A DNA stretch of 64,000 bases from Sedimentisphaerales bacterium (GCA_963708075.1 OY970194.1:1632001-1696000), one strand, 5' to 3'; numbered from the stretch's first letter, positions 30,018-41,191 are shown. The notes: generated by a model from the letters alone, not told the origin. Made by a program: numbers and translations.

Positions 30018-30815
30018 ATGACAAGGATAGTTGTAACTGCAGCAATGATCGCACTCTTGACCGTAGTCGTCGGGTGCCAGAATCCCAACCAGGGAACCAG
30101 CCAGCGGCTGCCCAGTCGCGACACGCCGGGCGTTCAGACCACTACACCCATGCCGGTGGAAATGGCGGCCTCGGCCGACGAGATCGACCTTGTCGAGCAG
30201 ATGACTGCACAGCGTCAGGCCTACCGCGGCAGCTTGGAGAAACTCGTCCAGTATTATGACGTATCGGGCAATAACACCAAGCTGACCTGGGCCCGTACGG
30301 AGCTTCAGGCCCTGGACCGGATTCCTCAATATCGGTACGTCCTCCCACCACAGGTGTTGACGCCGGATCTGAAGGCCACGGCGAAGATCCAGGCCGCCGA
30401 CGACCTGTACGCCAAGGCGGTCGATACGGAGCGAAGAGCCGGCGCGCTGCCGGTGCTCAAGGATGAAGAGTTGCTGCGAGCAGCGCTCAATCAGTACAGC
30501 GAGTTGCTCAGCCAGTACCCCACCAGCGACAAGATCGATGATGTCGCATACAAGATGGCCGGCATCCACGAGTACTTCCGGGATTATACGATCGCCCTGC
30601 AGTTCTATCAGAGAGCCTACCAGTGGGACCCGGCGACGCCGTATCCCGCCCGCTTCAAGGCGGCGGCGATCCTCGACCACAGACTCCACCGCCGGGCCGA
30701 GGCGCTGCAACTGTACCAGGAGGCGATTGTCAAGGAGGCCCAGTTCACCGACCTCAAGGCAAACGCAGAACGGCGCATCCAGGATCTGTCCACTTCGGAT
30801 AGAGGCGGCCAGTAG
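30018..30815 (+). CDS. TPR lipoprotein (BamD/YbgF-like helical repeats)
   Basis: Lipobox VVVG-C; Y..LL..YP.SDKIDD.AY and later TPR-like helices. Confidence 0.7.
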   Translation: MTRIVVTAAMIALLTVVVGCQNPNQGTSQRLPSRDTPGVQTTTPMPVEMAASADEIDLVEQMTAQRQAYRGSLEKLVQYYDVSGNNTKLTWARTELQALDRIPQYRYVLPPQVLTPDLKATAKIQAADDLYAKAVDTERRAGALPVLKDEELLRAALNQYSELLSQYPTSDKIDDVAYKMAGIHEYFRDYTIALQFYQRAYQWDPATPYPARFKAAAILDHRLHRRAEALQLYQEAIVKEAQFTDLKANAERRIQDLSTSDRGGQ

Positions 30816-30927
30816 AGCGGATCAGTCCCTTCGAAGTTTGACGGGTCTGGCGTAATGTCAGACCCGTTTTTATTGGCGGGCGTCGCAGTTTCGCCGGCGC
30901 AACCACCTGATGATCGGGATCATGTGA

Positions 30928-32384
30928 GTGTCCGACAGCATGGAACAAAATGTGGCCGGATTCATCCGCCTGCACGGGCTTTTTGCAGGCGCGGATCGGA
31001 TTCTGCTCGCTGTTTCCGGCGGGGCGGACTCGACCGCCCTGCTGCACGTCCTCCAGTCGCTTCGAGCTCACGGGCTCCTTTCCGCGGAACTCGTTTGCGC
31101 CCATGTGAATCACCGATTGCGCGGCTTGGCGAGCGACGAGGATGAGCGGTTCGTGGTCGAGCAGGCAGCCCGACTGGAACTGCCGATCGTCACGAGGGCC
31201 GTCGATGTGCGGGCCTATGCGAAGACACACCGGCTGTCGGTGGAGACAGCAGCCCGGCGATTGCGGCTGGAGGCCCTCCGCGAGATTGCAGCGACTTCCG
31301 GGTGCACGTGGGTGGCTACGGGCCATCAGAAAAATGACAACGCCGAGACGATCATCCAGCGTCTGCGCCGCGGGACCGGTTTTCGCGGCCTTGCAGGCAT
31401 CTGGCCCGCCCGGCGATTCGGCGACGGCCCGTGGTTCGCCAGTCCCCTGCTCGATGTCACGCGAGAAGACATCGTCGCCTATCTCCGCCGGCGAAAGCTT
31501 GACTGGCGAGAAGATTGCACGAACGTCGATCCGACCTACACGCGGAACTACATCCGGCATAAGCTGCTGCCCGCCCTGCAACAGGAGTCTCGCGGCTCTT
31601 TGGTCGAGAACCTGTCTGACTTGGCGGCATCTGCGAGGCGGCTCTACGAGCGGGTACAGCGGGGCGCAGAGGAGGCAATGTCCCAACTGGCGCAGCCGGA
31701 TGAAAGCGGCATCGCTCTTGCCGCATCGCGGCTGTCGTCGCTGCCCGAACTGGTCGCGGTTGAAATCATCCGGCAGGTACTGGTGCAGATCGGCTGCGGC
31801 GAGCAGAACCTGACCGCAGACCATTACCGAGGCATCATGCAACTGGCGAGAAATGCGGCAGAGAGAGAGTTGGCCCTGCCCGCCGGATTCGCCGCCCGGC
31901 GAGAGCGGGAAATCGTCATCCTGTCGAAACCGGCGGCGCGCCGCGTAGGGTGGGGCTTGCCCCACCGTCACCCTCTGTTATGCTCCTGATACCCGGGGAA
32001 ACACAATTTGCCGGCTATCGGATCAAGGCCAGAGTTCTCGACGCGGGAGAACTCGACCTGGGGAAAATCACGGAAGACAAAAGCCCCTTCTGCGAGTATC
32101 TTGATCTTGACCGCGTGAGGCAGCCCGTGACCGTGCGCCCCCGCCGGACCGGGGACAAGTTCCGGCCGCTCGGCTTCGCCGGGGAGAAGAAGCTCGGCAA
32201 GTTTCTCACGACGGCCAAGGTGCCCCGCGAAATACGGGAGCACATCCTGGTCTTTGCCGATCAGGAGAAGATCATCTGGGTCTGCCCCGTACGAATCGCG
32301 GAGCCGGCAAGGGTCACAGAGCAGACCCAACGAATTCTCAAGCTGGAGGTCGTACATGATGACTCGCGTAACCACGCGCCGTAA
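30928..32384 (+). CDS. tilS: tRNA(Ile)-lysidine synthetase, frameshift near 31950
   Basis: AVSGGADSTALL, HVNH.LRG, E.AAR.LR, TGH..ND.AET, RN.IR; second frame carries TilS_C (VR..R.GD.F.P.G....KKL..F...KVP...R). Confidence 0.9.
31945..31966 (+). repeat. GTAG-tagged REP inside the tilS interdomain linker
   Basis: GTAGGGTGGGGCTTGCCCCACC; one mismatch to 1326-1347. Confidence 0.8.
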
Positions 32385-33807
32385 CTTCCTGAAGGCGGCG
32401 GGCGTTGGCGTACTGGGTGCACTCGCGCCGGGTTGCCGGTATGCGCCAACCCAGGGCCATTCCCAGGACCGCAAACGTTCGCCTAACATCATCTTCATCC
32501 TCGGCGATGATCTGGGCTGGGCGGAGCTGGGATGCTACGGCAACACGTTCAATGAGACGCCCAACCTCGACAGGCTCGCCGGCGAGGGCATGCGCTTCAC
32601 GACCGCCTACTCCGCGGCCCCGGTCTGCTCGCCCTTCCGCGCGGCCCTGATGACGGGACAGTACCCCGTGCGAACGGGCATCACGGACTACCTGCGGCCG
32701 GACGACGCGAAGCATCTCGCGACGGACTACGAGACCTTGCCCGAGATGCTCAAGAAAGCCGGTTATGTCACCGGGATCGTCGGCAAATGGCATCTTACCG
32801 GATACGCCAATCACGGCGCGGAGGAGATCCCGCCCGGCCGGCACGGCTTCGACGAAGTGATCGTCTCGGAGAACCGGGGCATCGCCAACGGCAGTTATTT
32901 CTTCCCCTACCACTTCAACAGGGAGATCCAGCAGCGTCTGCCCGGCCGGGAATACCTCGTGGACCGCTGCAATCTCGAGGCCGTGGAGTTCATCGAGCGG
33001 CATAAGGATCAGCCGTTCTTCCTCTACCTGAGCCACTACGCCGTGCACACGAGGCTGGCAGGCAAGCCCAGGCTGGTCGCCAAGTACGAGGCCAAGCCGG
33101 ATGCCGGAAAGGGAGCCCAGGCCCCTCGGAACAACCCGCACCTGGCGGCGCAGCTCGAGAGCATCGACCAGGGCGTGGGAATGATCCGGGACAAGCTGAA
33201 GGCGTTGGGCCTGTCCGAGAACACGATCCTTGTCTTCACCGGCGATAACGGCGGCGAGGGCCGTGTGACATCCAACGCGCCGTGGCGGGCCGGCAAATCC
33301 ACGCTCTACGAAGGCGGCATCCGCGAGCCGCTTATCATCTATTGGCCCGGCGTGACCACGCCCGGCAGCCTCTGCCACACGCCTGTCTGCACGATGGACT
33401 TCTACCCCACGTTTGCCCAGGCCGTCCGACGCACGCCGGCACGGACACAAACCATCGATGGCCTTTCCCTTGTGTCGGTCCTGAGAGATTCCCGCGCTGT
33501 TCTCCGCAGGGATACGCTTTACTGGCACTATCCGCTGGAAAAATCCCACTTTCTCGGCGGGCGATCCGTCGGGGTCGTCCGAAAAGGAGACTGGAAACTC
33601 CTTGAATTCTTCGATACCGGCGAGCTCGAATTGTACAATCTGGCCGAAGACCCCGGCGAGCAACGCAATCTCGCTGCTCAGAAACCGGACAAGAGGCAGG
33701 AACTCGTGAACGCACTGCACACGTGGCAGCGGCAAGTGGGAGCGAAGTTTCCGCAGGGACAGCCAAAACGATCAGGCGAGGACAGGCCGCTGGAGGGAAA
33801 CGGATGA
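32356..33807 (+). CDS. Tat-exported arylsulfatase-family sulfatase
   Basis: TRRNFL; DDLG; CSPFRAALMTG (CxPxR); GKWHL; GDNGG; YEGGIR.P. Confidence 0.93.
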   Translation: MMTRVTTRRNFLKAAGVGVLGALAPGCRYAPTQGHSQDRKRSPNIIFILGDDLGWAELGCYGNTFNETPNLDRLAGEGMRFTTAYSAAPVCSPFRAALMTGQYPVRTGITDYLRPDDAKHLATDYETLPEMLKKAGYVTGIVGKWHLTGYANHGAEEIPPGRHGFDEVIVSENRGIANGSYFFPYHFNREIQQRLPGREYLVDRCNLEAVEFIERHKDQPFFLYLSHYAVHTRLAGKPRLVAKYEAKPDAGKGAQAPRNNPHLAAQLESIDQGVGMIRDKLKALGLSENTILVFTGDNGGEGRVTSNAPWRAGKSTLYEGGIREPLIIYWPGVTTPGSLCHTPVCTMDFYPTFAQAVRRTPARTQTIDGLSLVSVLRDSRAVLRRDTLYWHYPLEKSHFLGGRSVGVVRKGDWKLLEFFDTGELELYNLAEDPGEQRNLAAQKPDKRQELVNALHTWQRQVGAKFPQGQPKRSGEDRPLEGNG

Positions 33808-34832
33808 TCAGCAGACGACAACTGCTCGAACACGCCAAGGCGCAAGGGGCCACGGATATTCACATCTGCGCCAACGCCCCGATTCTGTTTCGTATCGCAG
33901 GCAAGCTCGTCCCCGTAACCAAGGAACAGATCACGGCACAGCAGAGCCGGGAGCTCGCGCTCGACCTGCTCACGGATGCCCAGAAGAAGCTCCTCGAGGA
34001 GCGGCTCGACTACGATCTGATGCTCGCGGAGGAGAGCGGGCGGTACCGGGTGAACGTCGGCTACTTCGACGGGCACGTTGGCGCGACCATCCGCATCCTG
34101 CCGACACATCCGCGAGCGATCAACGACCTGCTTCTGCCCGAGACCGTGCGGGACCTGGCGCATCGGAGGAAGGGACTCGTGCTGATCACAGGGGCGACCA
34201 GTCAGGGCAAAACGACCACGCTGGCCGCCATGATCGACGAGGTCAACGCCACCCAGGAGAAGCACGTCATCACGATCGAAGATCCCATCGAGTACGTGCA
34301 CACCAACAAGACCGGCGTCGTCCGGCAGCGCGAGATCGGCAGGGACACGCAGAACTTTCACACGGGATTGCGGGCGGCCTTGCGCCAGGACCCGGACGTC
34401 ATCGCCATCGGCGAGATGCGAGACTACGAGACGATCAAGATCGCCCTGACGGCGGCGGAGACGGGCGTGCTCGTCCTCTCCACGCTGCACGTCATCTCCA
34501 TCGACAAGATCCTGGAAAGGCTGCTGAGCTACGCGCCGGCCGGCGACGAGGACCAGTTGCGATTCCTGCTGGCCGAGTCCCTCCAGGGCGTCATCCACCA
34601 GGAATTGGTGCCCACCATCGATGGCAAGCAGCGCGTGGCCTGCGAGATCCTCGTCATCACCACTGCCGCCAAGAACATCATCCGGCGCAAAGGCGGCTAT
34701 TTCCTGCGAAGCGTCATCGAGACCGGCAAGAAGCACGGCATGCTGACGATGGAGGAATCCATCGGCGCCCTCCTGGAGCAGAAGATCATCACCGACGGCG
34801 TGGCAAAAGGCATCCTCGTCAACTACAAGTGA
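33804..34832 (+). CDS. pilT: PilT/PilU family ATPase
   Basis: ATDIHI, GATSQGKTTT, TIEDPIEY, ALRQDPDVIAIGEMRD, AAETG.LV.STLH. Confidence 0.88.
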   Translation: MISRRQLLEHAKAQGATDIHICANAPILFRIAGKLVPVTKEQITAQQSRELALDLLTDAQKKLLEERLDYDLMLAEESGRYRVNVGYFDGHVGATIRILPTHPRAINDLLLPETVRDLAHRRKGLVLITGATSQGKTTTLAAMIDEVNATQEKHVITIEDPIEYVHTNKTGVVRQREIGRDTQNFHTGLRAALRQDPDVIAIGEMRDYETIKIALTAAETGVLVLSTLHVISIDKILERLLSYAPAGDEDQLRFLLAESLQGVIHQELVPTIDGKQRVACEILVITTAAKNIIRRKGGYFLRSVIETGKKHGMLTMEESIGALLEQKIITDGVAKGILVNYK

Positions 34833-34835
34833 GCG

Positions 34836-36992
34836 TCAGAACTCGCAGACGCCGCTGATGCAGCCGCCGGCGTAGTCGGTGTCGGCCGATACGAAATCCG
34901 GCAGCTCATCATGCTGGAGCTCTTGCACTTCGCTCACGGACAGCACCTGGTCGGTTTTGGACCCGTAGCGGTAAATGGTGATGCCTTTGCACTTGAGGCG
35001 GTACGCCTCCAGATAAATCTCGCGGACGTCCTCCACCGTCGCGTCGGCGGGCAGGTTGATCGTCTTCGATACGGCGTTATCCGTGTACTTTTGAAAGGTG
35101 GCCTGAATCTCCAGGTGCTGCCGGGGGGAGACGTCGAACGCCGTAACAAAAAGCCGCTTCACATCATCCGGAATCCCTTTGATCTGCGCCAGCGACGGGT
35201 GCCTGGCCACCTCGGCCAGCAGCTCCCGGCTGTGGAACCCGCGGTCCTTCGCGACCTTCTCAAACAGCGGATTCGTCTCGAACAGCCGCGTCCCCGAAAG
35301 CACGTTGCGCACGAAACTGACGGCGAACAATGGCTCGATACCGCTGGAGCAGCCGGCGATGATGCTGATCGTGCCCGTGGGGGCGATCGTGTTCACGGTG
35401 GCGTTGCGCAGCCTGGCGATCGCCGCCGGCATAGACCGACTTCTCGAAATTCGGGAACTCCCCTCGTTGCTTCGCGAGCGACTCGGAGGCGGCAAGCGAC
35501 TCCTTGTGAAGGAACCGCATAAGTTTGGTGGCAACTGAGACGGCGTCGGCGGAATTGTACGGTATCCCGAGCCGGATGAGCAAATCCGCAAAGCCCATGA
35601 CACCGAGCCCGATCTTCCGGTTGCCCAGCGTCGCCGACTGTATGGTTTCGAGCGGATAGTTGTTGACATCGATCACATCATCGAGGAACCGCACGCCCAG
35701 GTAGATCGTCTCACGGAGCTTGTCCCAGTCCACCGCGGCCCCGCCGATCTCTCCATCGCCCCCGGCACCTTTCGTCATCTTGTCCAGATTGATCGAGGCC
35801 AGGATGCAGCTCTCGTACGGCAGCAAGGGGACCTCGCCACATGGATTGGTCGCCTCGATCCGGCCGACCTGGGGTGTCGGATTTTTCTTGTTGATCTCGT
35901 CAAGGAAAACCAGCCCGGGGTCGCCCGTTCTCCAGGCGGCGTTGACGATCAGGTCGAAGAGGGAACGCGCACCGAGCCGCCTGACGCTCTCGCCGGTGCG
36001 CGGGTTCACGAGATCGAATGGGCGATTGTCGGCAATGGCCCGCATGAATTTATCCGTCGCCCCAACAGAGAGGTTGAAGTTCCTGAACGCATCGGAGCCG
36101 ACCTTGGCCTCGATGAACTCAAGGATGTCGGGGTGATCGCAGCGGAGGATGCCCATGTTGGCGCCCTGCGCTGGCCGCCCTGGACGATGACCTCGGTGGC
36201 CTTGTCGAAAATGCCCATGAAGGAGATGGGGCCGGAGGCGCGTCCCTTGGTGGACCCGACGATATCGCCCCTTGGCCGCAGGCGCGAGAAGCTGAATCCG
36301 GTGCCGCCGCCGGTCTGGTGGATGCGCGCCATATCGGCCAGAGTCTGAAAAATGCCCTCGACCGAGTCCTCGACGGGGAGCACGAAACACGCGGAGAGCT
36401 GGCCCAGACGCGTCCCGGCGTTCATGAGAGTCGGCGAATTCGGCATGAACTCGCGGTTGCGCATCATGCGGTAGAACTGGTCCTCGATGTCATCCACACT
36501 CTCATCCGACTCGTAATCGGCCTCAGCCCGGGCCACGTGGTGAGCCACCCTGCGGAACAACTCGCTGGGCGTCTCCACGATCCGCCGGTTCTCGTCCTTG
36601 AGCAGGTACCGCCTCTTGAGCACCTCCACCGTGTTGATGGGCAGCTTGAGATCGTCCTTGAGTCCGAGCGCCGACTTGGCGAAACGTTCCTGGGATTTCC
36701 GCTCGCGATAGAGGATATAGCTCTTGGCGATGTTGCTGTATCCCTCGCTCATCAAGGCCGCCTCGACAACATCCTGGATGTTCTCGATGCCGGGCGTCTT
36801 ACCCCCGTATTCCTCCGCGAGTTTCTCCACAACAGCCTCGGTCACCCGCCGGGCGACGACCTGAACGCGGCTCTCGTCATGCAGGACTTCCAGCGCCGCC
36901 CGTCCGATGGCGCGTTCAATCTTGGAGGCATCGAAACCGACGATGGAGCCGTCCCGCTTTCTGACTTTCTCCGGCACTGTTTGCGTCGCCAT
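34836..36992 (-). CDS. nrdJ: Class II (B12-dependent) ribonucleotide reductase with ATP cone; frameshifts near 36170 and 35420
   Basis: VRKRDG ATP cone; [33 protein letters not shown]-terminal GCISGVC. Confidence 0.9.
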
Positions 36993-37189
36993 GGTCTATT
37001 CCCCACTTCACCGCAGCCCGTACAATCATCCGTACCCGACAAATATACGAGATGCCCCCGCATGCCGGTTCCCAGGAAAATACGATGCCAGCCGCCTCTA
37101 ACGAATCCTCCCGCCCGGCGCGGAAATCAGGCATCTACCGGCAGTACCGCAGCAGACACCCCGGCACCCGCGTGAAGCGATGACAAGGA

Positions 37190-37726
37190 TTACTTCTTCC
37201 CGTTTCCGGAGTGCCTGCACACGTACACGAACGCCGGCGGCAAATTCCGCGGCACAAATCTCAGTTTCACTTCCGAGAAGTACCGCCGAATCTCTCGGCT
37301 AAGGACGGGGGTATACTGCAACTGGATGTATTTTCCGGACCTGCGCGATATGGCCAGAATCTGCTCCATGGCGTCCTTGCTGAACAACGTCAAGGGCAGA
37401 CCCGAAACCACACAATCCGGATTTTCTATGTATCGCTCGCAGTTGCGTGCATCATCGTTGATGATCCGCAGTCGTGGATCCCCGATCTGCTCGAGGCAGC
37501 GACAGAAGTCCGGATTGATCTCAAAACAGGTCAGGCAACCATCCTCAGGCAGTTCCCTAAGGATTTCCCTGGTGACCGGCCCAGTGCCGGCCCCGAACTC
37601 GACCACTCGATGACTTCCCCTGATCTCCTCGGCCATCCGTCTGGCGAGCACCCTGCCGCTCTGCGTGAACGTCCCGCACTGCTTCGGGTGTCGGAGAAAC
37701 TGCCTGGCGAAACGCAGACCCATCAT
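37190..37726 (-). CDS. Phospholipid/ornithine-lipid N-methyltransferase-like (PmtA/OlsG type)
   Basis: FLRHP..CG...S...LA..M, VVEFGAGTG, FEINP.F, VVSGLP, N.PPA.VY. Confidence 0.75.
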   Translation of the reverse strand: MMGLRFARQFLRHPKQCGTFTQSGRVLARRMAEEIRGSHRVVEFGAGTGPVTREILRELPEDGCLTCFEINPDFCRCLEQIGDPRLRIINDDARNCERYIENPDCVVSGLPLTLFSKDAMEQILAISRRSGKYIQLQYTPVLSREIRRYFSEVKLRFVPRNLPPAFVYVCRHSGNGKK

Positions 37727-37953
37727 ATCACTGCCTCTATCCATAAAAGCGATCTCTCATGACTGCTACGATAAAAGATGTGGACGACCGGCGTCAAGAG
37801 TTTTGTGGATTGGTCCCGAAATGAGATTTGCCGGCAGATTTTCGTCAAGAAACTTGACCGAACGTACGATGTGAATTATAAGTGCGTGGGCGCGGGCTGC
37901 GCAGCTCGTATGGGGCGGCACGCGACGCAGAAGTCCTATAAGAACAAAAGGAG

Positions 37954-38736
37954 ATGGACGTGAGCCGGTCAATGAAATTCGGTACGATGATACTCTTGGT
38001 TTCAACCGCTTTCATGGCGGGGTGTTTCCCTTCTAACCCCGAGGACATACAAGCGTTCGTCAAACCGTACGAAGTGAACGTCACGGCGGAGAACTACGTT
38101 CTGCAGCCGCCGGATGACATCGAAATCCATTGCACGCAGGTACCGGAGGTCCACCTGCAGCGCCAGCGGATACGTCCCGATGGCAAGGTCAGCTTCGAGG
38201 GGATTGGAGAGGTCGAGGCTGCCGGCAAGACCCCGGCGCAGGTCGCGACCATTCTGAAGGAAAAGATCGCCCAGTTGTATTCGGTGCCCGGCGACCACCC
38301 GGTCGACGTGCGCATCGCCGCCTATGGGAGCAAGGTGTTTTATGTGGTAGGACAGGTAATGCGTCCGGGGCCTCTGAACTACACCGGCCGTGACAGCGTG
38401 CTGACGGCACTGGCGGCCACGTATCCGAACCCCATGGCCTGGGAGGAGCGCGTGCAGGTGATCCGGCCGGCCGCCACCGAGGATGAGGTGCCCAGGATCT
38501 TCGAAGCGGACTTCAACAAAATGACCCAGCGTGGCGATACCAGCAAGGATGTACTGCTCCGGGAGGGGGACATCGTGTACGTTCCGCCGACTGTTCTGGC
38601 GGCCATCGGCATGGTTCTGGAGGAATTCATTACGCCAGTCGCCAGGGCCTTCTACGGCTGGTACCTGGTACAGAACCCGCCGATTTCCACCGATCGGGGC
38701 TATACTCCGACGGGCGGCAGTTACTGGGGCCGATAG
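37954..38736 (+). CDS. wza: Polysaccharide export lipoprotein (Wza-like, Poly_export + SLBB)
   Basis: Lipobox MAG-C; Y.LQP.D.I, IRPDGKVS, GEV.AAGKT, YVVGQV..PG, L..GDIVYVP. Confidence 0.85.
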   Translation: MDVSRSMKFGTMILLVSTAFMAGCFPSNPEDIQAFVKPYEVNVTAENYVLQPPDDIEIHCTQVPEVHLQRQRIRPDGKVSFEGIGEVEAAGKTPAQVATILKEKIAQLYSVPGDHPVDVRIAAYGSKVFYVVGQVMRPGPLNYTGRDSVLTALAATYPNPMAWEERVQVIRPAATEDEVPRIFEADFNKMTQRGDTSKDVLLREGDIVYVPPTVLAAIGMVLEEFITPVARAFYGWYLVQNPPISTDRGYTPTGGSYWGR

Positions 38737-38788
38737 GACCGGTGGCGTTCGTTTGAGCCGCCGCCCGGGGCCTCTGGGGGGCAAACAC

Positions 38789-39599
38789 ATGGCTGTAAGG
38801 CGTGCCTTGAAGTTGACGCACGTGGCCAGCACGATCTGGTTCATGGTGTGCGTTGGCTACATGCTCGTCCTGACCTTGCACGAGGTCGGCTTCAAATGGT
38901 GGCTCATCTTCTCCCTATCGGGCCATTCCGCCGTCGCCGTCGGCGTCCTGATCAGCGTATATTTGTTTGCGTTGGTCCGCGACATGGGCGGGAGCCAACA
39001 GATTCAGGTGGAGCACCCGTTCACCAGCACCCATTCCTACATGGGTTTCTACGTGGCGGCCCCCCTGCTGGGTGGCTTGGCGGGCATCTTCGGCATGATC
39101 GGCGCCAGCGATCTGAGCCGATATGCGGACGGTGTGGCGCGGGGGACCCTGGGGACGACATTTTTCGTCTGGGTCGTTCTCGACCCCGTGGCCGGTTCTC
39201 ATTGAGATCCTGCTGCCCGTCAGCCGCAGACACAGGGCCGAGCGGGTCGCCCGGGCGGAGCTGGAACGCAAAGCCCGCCAGCAGAAACGCGAAAAACTGT
39301 TGGCGGATGCGGTAGCGAGAGAGGAACAGGAACGCGAACGATGGCGACAGGTCCTGCAGCCGCAGGCCCAGCGTCTTGCCGCCCTGTTGGCAGATAATGC
39401 CTTGAGCGAGCATGCCGAGCAGGAAGCGGTCGATATTGGCGCCCGCGCATGGCATCTCGGGGGACTCAGTTGCATGCGCCAACTGCGCGAGATGGCCATG
39501 GCGATCAGCGAACAAGAAGCCGGTCCCGCAAGGGCGACCGATTATATCGCCTACTGGTGGGACGGCATTGGAGACTGGCGGCGCCCCTCCCTCGATTAG
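38789..39599 (+). CDS. Hypothetical membrane protein (4 TM + coiled coil + C-terminal WDGIG.W motif), frameshift near 39195
   Basis: TM half in ORF 38531-39205, continuation in 39123-39599. Confidence 0.6.
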
Positions 39600-39670
39600 A
39601 CCGCCGGCAAAGCCCTGATAGGGCACAAAATCAGGGTCCCGGCGCATACCTCCCCTTTGCAAATAACAAG

Positions 39671-39702
39671 GGGAGAAGATCGCATCCCTGCGACCTTCTC
39701 CC
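39671..39702 (-). terminator. Hairpin terminator between convergent genes
   Basis: GGGAGAAGATCGCA-TCCC-TGCGACCTTCTCCC; T-rich run follows on the minus strand. Confidence 0.6.
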
Positions 39703-39873
39703 ATCGCTTAACCGTACGTACTGTCACGGCAATCCACAAACGATTCAACTTATCGGCACGACTCGTGCTCCCTCTTAAGCTTCCGCCGAATTCAGATACC
39801 AAGAGCGCAGGAGGGAGCCCGCTTCCTTGCGACCTCCTTCCGATCTACCCCTGAGATCAGATCCCGCGCAGTG

Positions 39874-40572
39874 CTACAAAGCTCGCCGGCGTCGCAGCCA
39901 GCCGACCATCGCGGTTCCCATGCCAGCAAGTAGAATGGCACCGGGGGCGGGGGTCGGTGTAATCCTTCCCCAGAGCATGGCGGTGTTCGCGCCGTCCTCC
40001 GGTGACTGGAACTGCGATTCCAGGGTTGAAGGGCTAGCCCCAAACCCAAGGAGTTCCAGGGAGTACTTGTCCCCGCCGAGCATAAATGTCTGATGCGGCA
40101 TGGAATTCGGGAAGTAGATGAAGTCATCCGTTCCCAGTCCTGGCGTCTCGTTGATGTGGAACGTGAAGGTGGACGTCCCGCTGCCACTCGGACTGGAAAA
40201 GGTCATGGTGACCGCCAGATCCACCGCAGTGGCGTTTGACCCCGTCTGGATCTCATAGTTGAAGTGCGCTAACTCGCCGACCACAAAGGCGACGTCCTCT
40301 GTGACACTCAGCGGCCCAACCGAGCCACCGACAGCACCGGTGAAACCCAAGCCGCTCTGATTCGCCTGGTGATACGGCGTGCCCCAGCGGACCTGGTCCT
40401 GCAGCGTATTTCCATACGCTACTCCCACGCCGTCATTGTAGACAATGTCCACACCACCCACGGGATTGGACCATGCGCCATCGACAGCGCTGAGGGTCAG
40501 CGATCCCATGGCGGGACTGGCCGCCACGACCCACACAACAAACATCAGTGTCAACACTAGTAGCTTCTTCAT
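39874..40572 (-). CDS. PEP-CTERM-type sorted protein, choice-of-anchor K / THxN-like domain
   Basis: Signal peptide; VRWG.P, QSGLGF, LAHFN, F.INETP; tail PAPGAILLAGMGTAMVGWLRRRRAL. Confidence 0.85.
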   Translation of the reverse strand: MKKLLVLTLMFVVWVVAASPAMGSLTLSAVDGAWSNPVGGVDIVYNDGVGVAYGNTLQDQVRWGTPYHQANQSGLGFTGAVGGSVGPLSVTEDVAFVVGELAHFNYEIQTGSNATAVDLAVTMTFSSPSGSGTSTFTFHINETPGLGTDDFIYFPNSMPHQTFMLGGDKYSLELLGFGASPSTLESQFQSPEDGANTAMLWGRITPTPAPGAILLAGMGTAMVGWLRRRRAL

Positions 40573-40583
40573 CTTTTGTCTCC

Positions 40584-41057
40584 TTAAGCCTGCGGGTCCC
40601 TATTCGGAGTGAGCGTGAATTCGCCGCTGAACGGGTATGCAGGACACGTGCCAGCCGTGCGGGTGACCGTCAGGGTGGGCACAGCAAAGTCCGGGGCAGT
40701 CACAAGCAGCACCCAATAGGAAAACCGTTTCATCTGTTTCTCGTTGTTGATGCAGCAGATTTCGCAAATCCATTTGGAAAAGAGGGGCTTTTCGAGCCTC
40801 GGGGGACCGCGGGCCAGAGCAGATTGTGGAAATCCAGCTTCCTCTCGCAAAGCATTTCGTCGATCGCGATCAGTAGGGATGTCGCGACAAACCCCGTACT
40901 GAGACGCGGCAGGATGGGTCAATACATAGAGCTCGCCCGTCGAGGCGGCCAATTGCCTACTGCGGGTGCGCACAGGCAGCGCAGATACGATGCCTGTCAG
41001 CAGCCCACTACGCCATCCATGCGTAAGCGGGAACAGGGTTCCCCTGCCGAGCCACAT
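40584..41057 (-). CDS. Leader ORF 1, MW...RGPP at aa 83-86 (candidate arrest peptide; frame stays open to 40584)
   Basis: AAGGAGACGGGAG ahead of ATGTGG; RGPP codons 40811-40800. Confidence 0.45.
   Translation of the reverse strand: MWLGRGTLFPLTHGWRSGLLTGIVSALPVRTRSRQLAASTGELYVLTHPAASQYGVCRDIPTDRDRRNALREEAGFPQSALARGPPRLEKPLFSKWICEICCINNEKQMKRFSYWVLLVTAPDFAVPTLTVTRTAGTCPAYPFSGEFTLTPNRDPQA
40638..40654 (-). promoter_or_regulatory. sigma54 -24/-12 promoter upstream of PEP-CTERM gene 1
   Basis: CTGGCACGTGTCCTGCA (GG-N10-GC) about 65 nt upstream of the ATG. Confidence 0.65.
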
Positions 41058-41163
41058 CTCCCGTCTCCTTACGGTCGGATCCCCTCACTACCTTTTTGTT
41101 GTGCGGGCAAGCGCCCTGTGTCACGATCCGGGCGACTCCTCCAGCCAACATGGGATCGCCTGC

Positions 41164-41191
41164 ATCGTACACTGCGTGTCCCCCGCGTCAA
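41164..41191 (-). promoter_or_regulatory. sigma70-like promoter of leader 1
   Basis: TTGACG-N16-TACGAT. Confidence 0.5.

Noticed and set aside
33804..34832. Type IV pilus locus
   Set aside because: Only a lone pilT-like ATPase; no pilB, pilC or pilin genes in the window
34836..36992. Intein, intron or programmed frameshift in nrdJ; cobalamin riboswitch or NrdR box upstream
   Set aside because: Joined length (~718 aa) is normal, with no intein motifs or slippery heptamer at the breaks; no recognisable motif in 36993-37189
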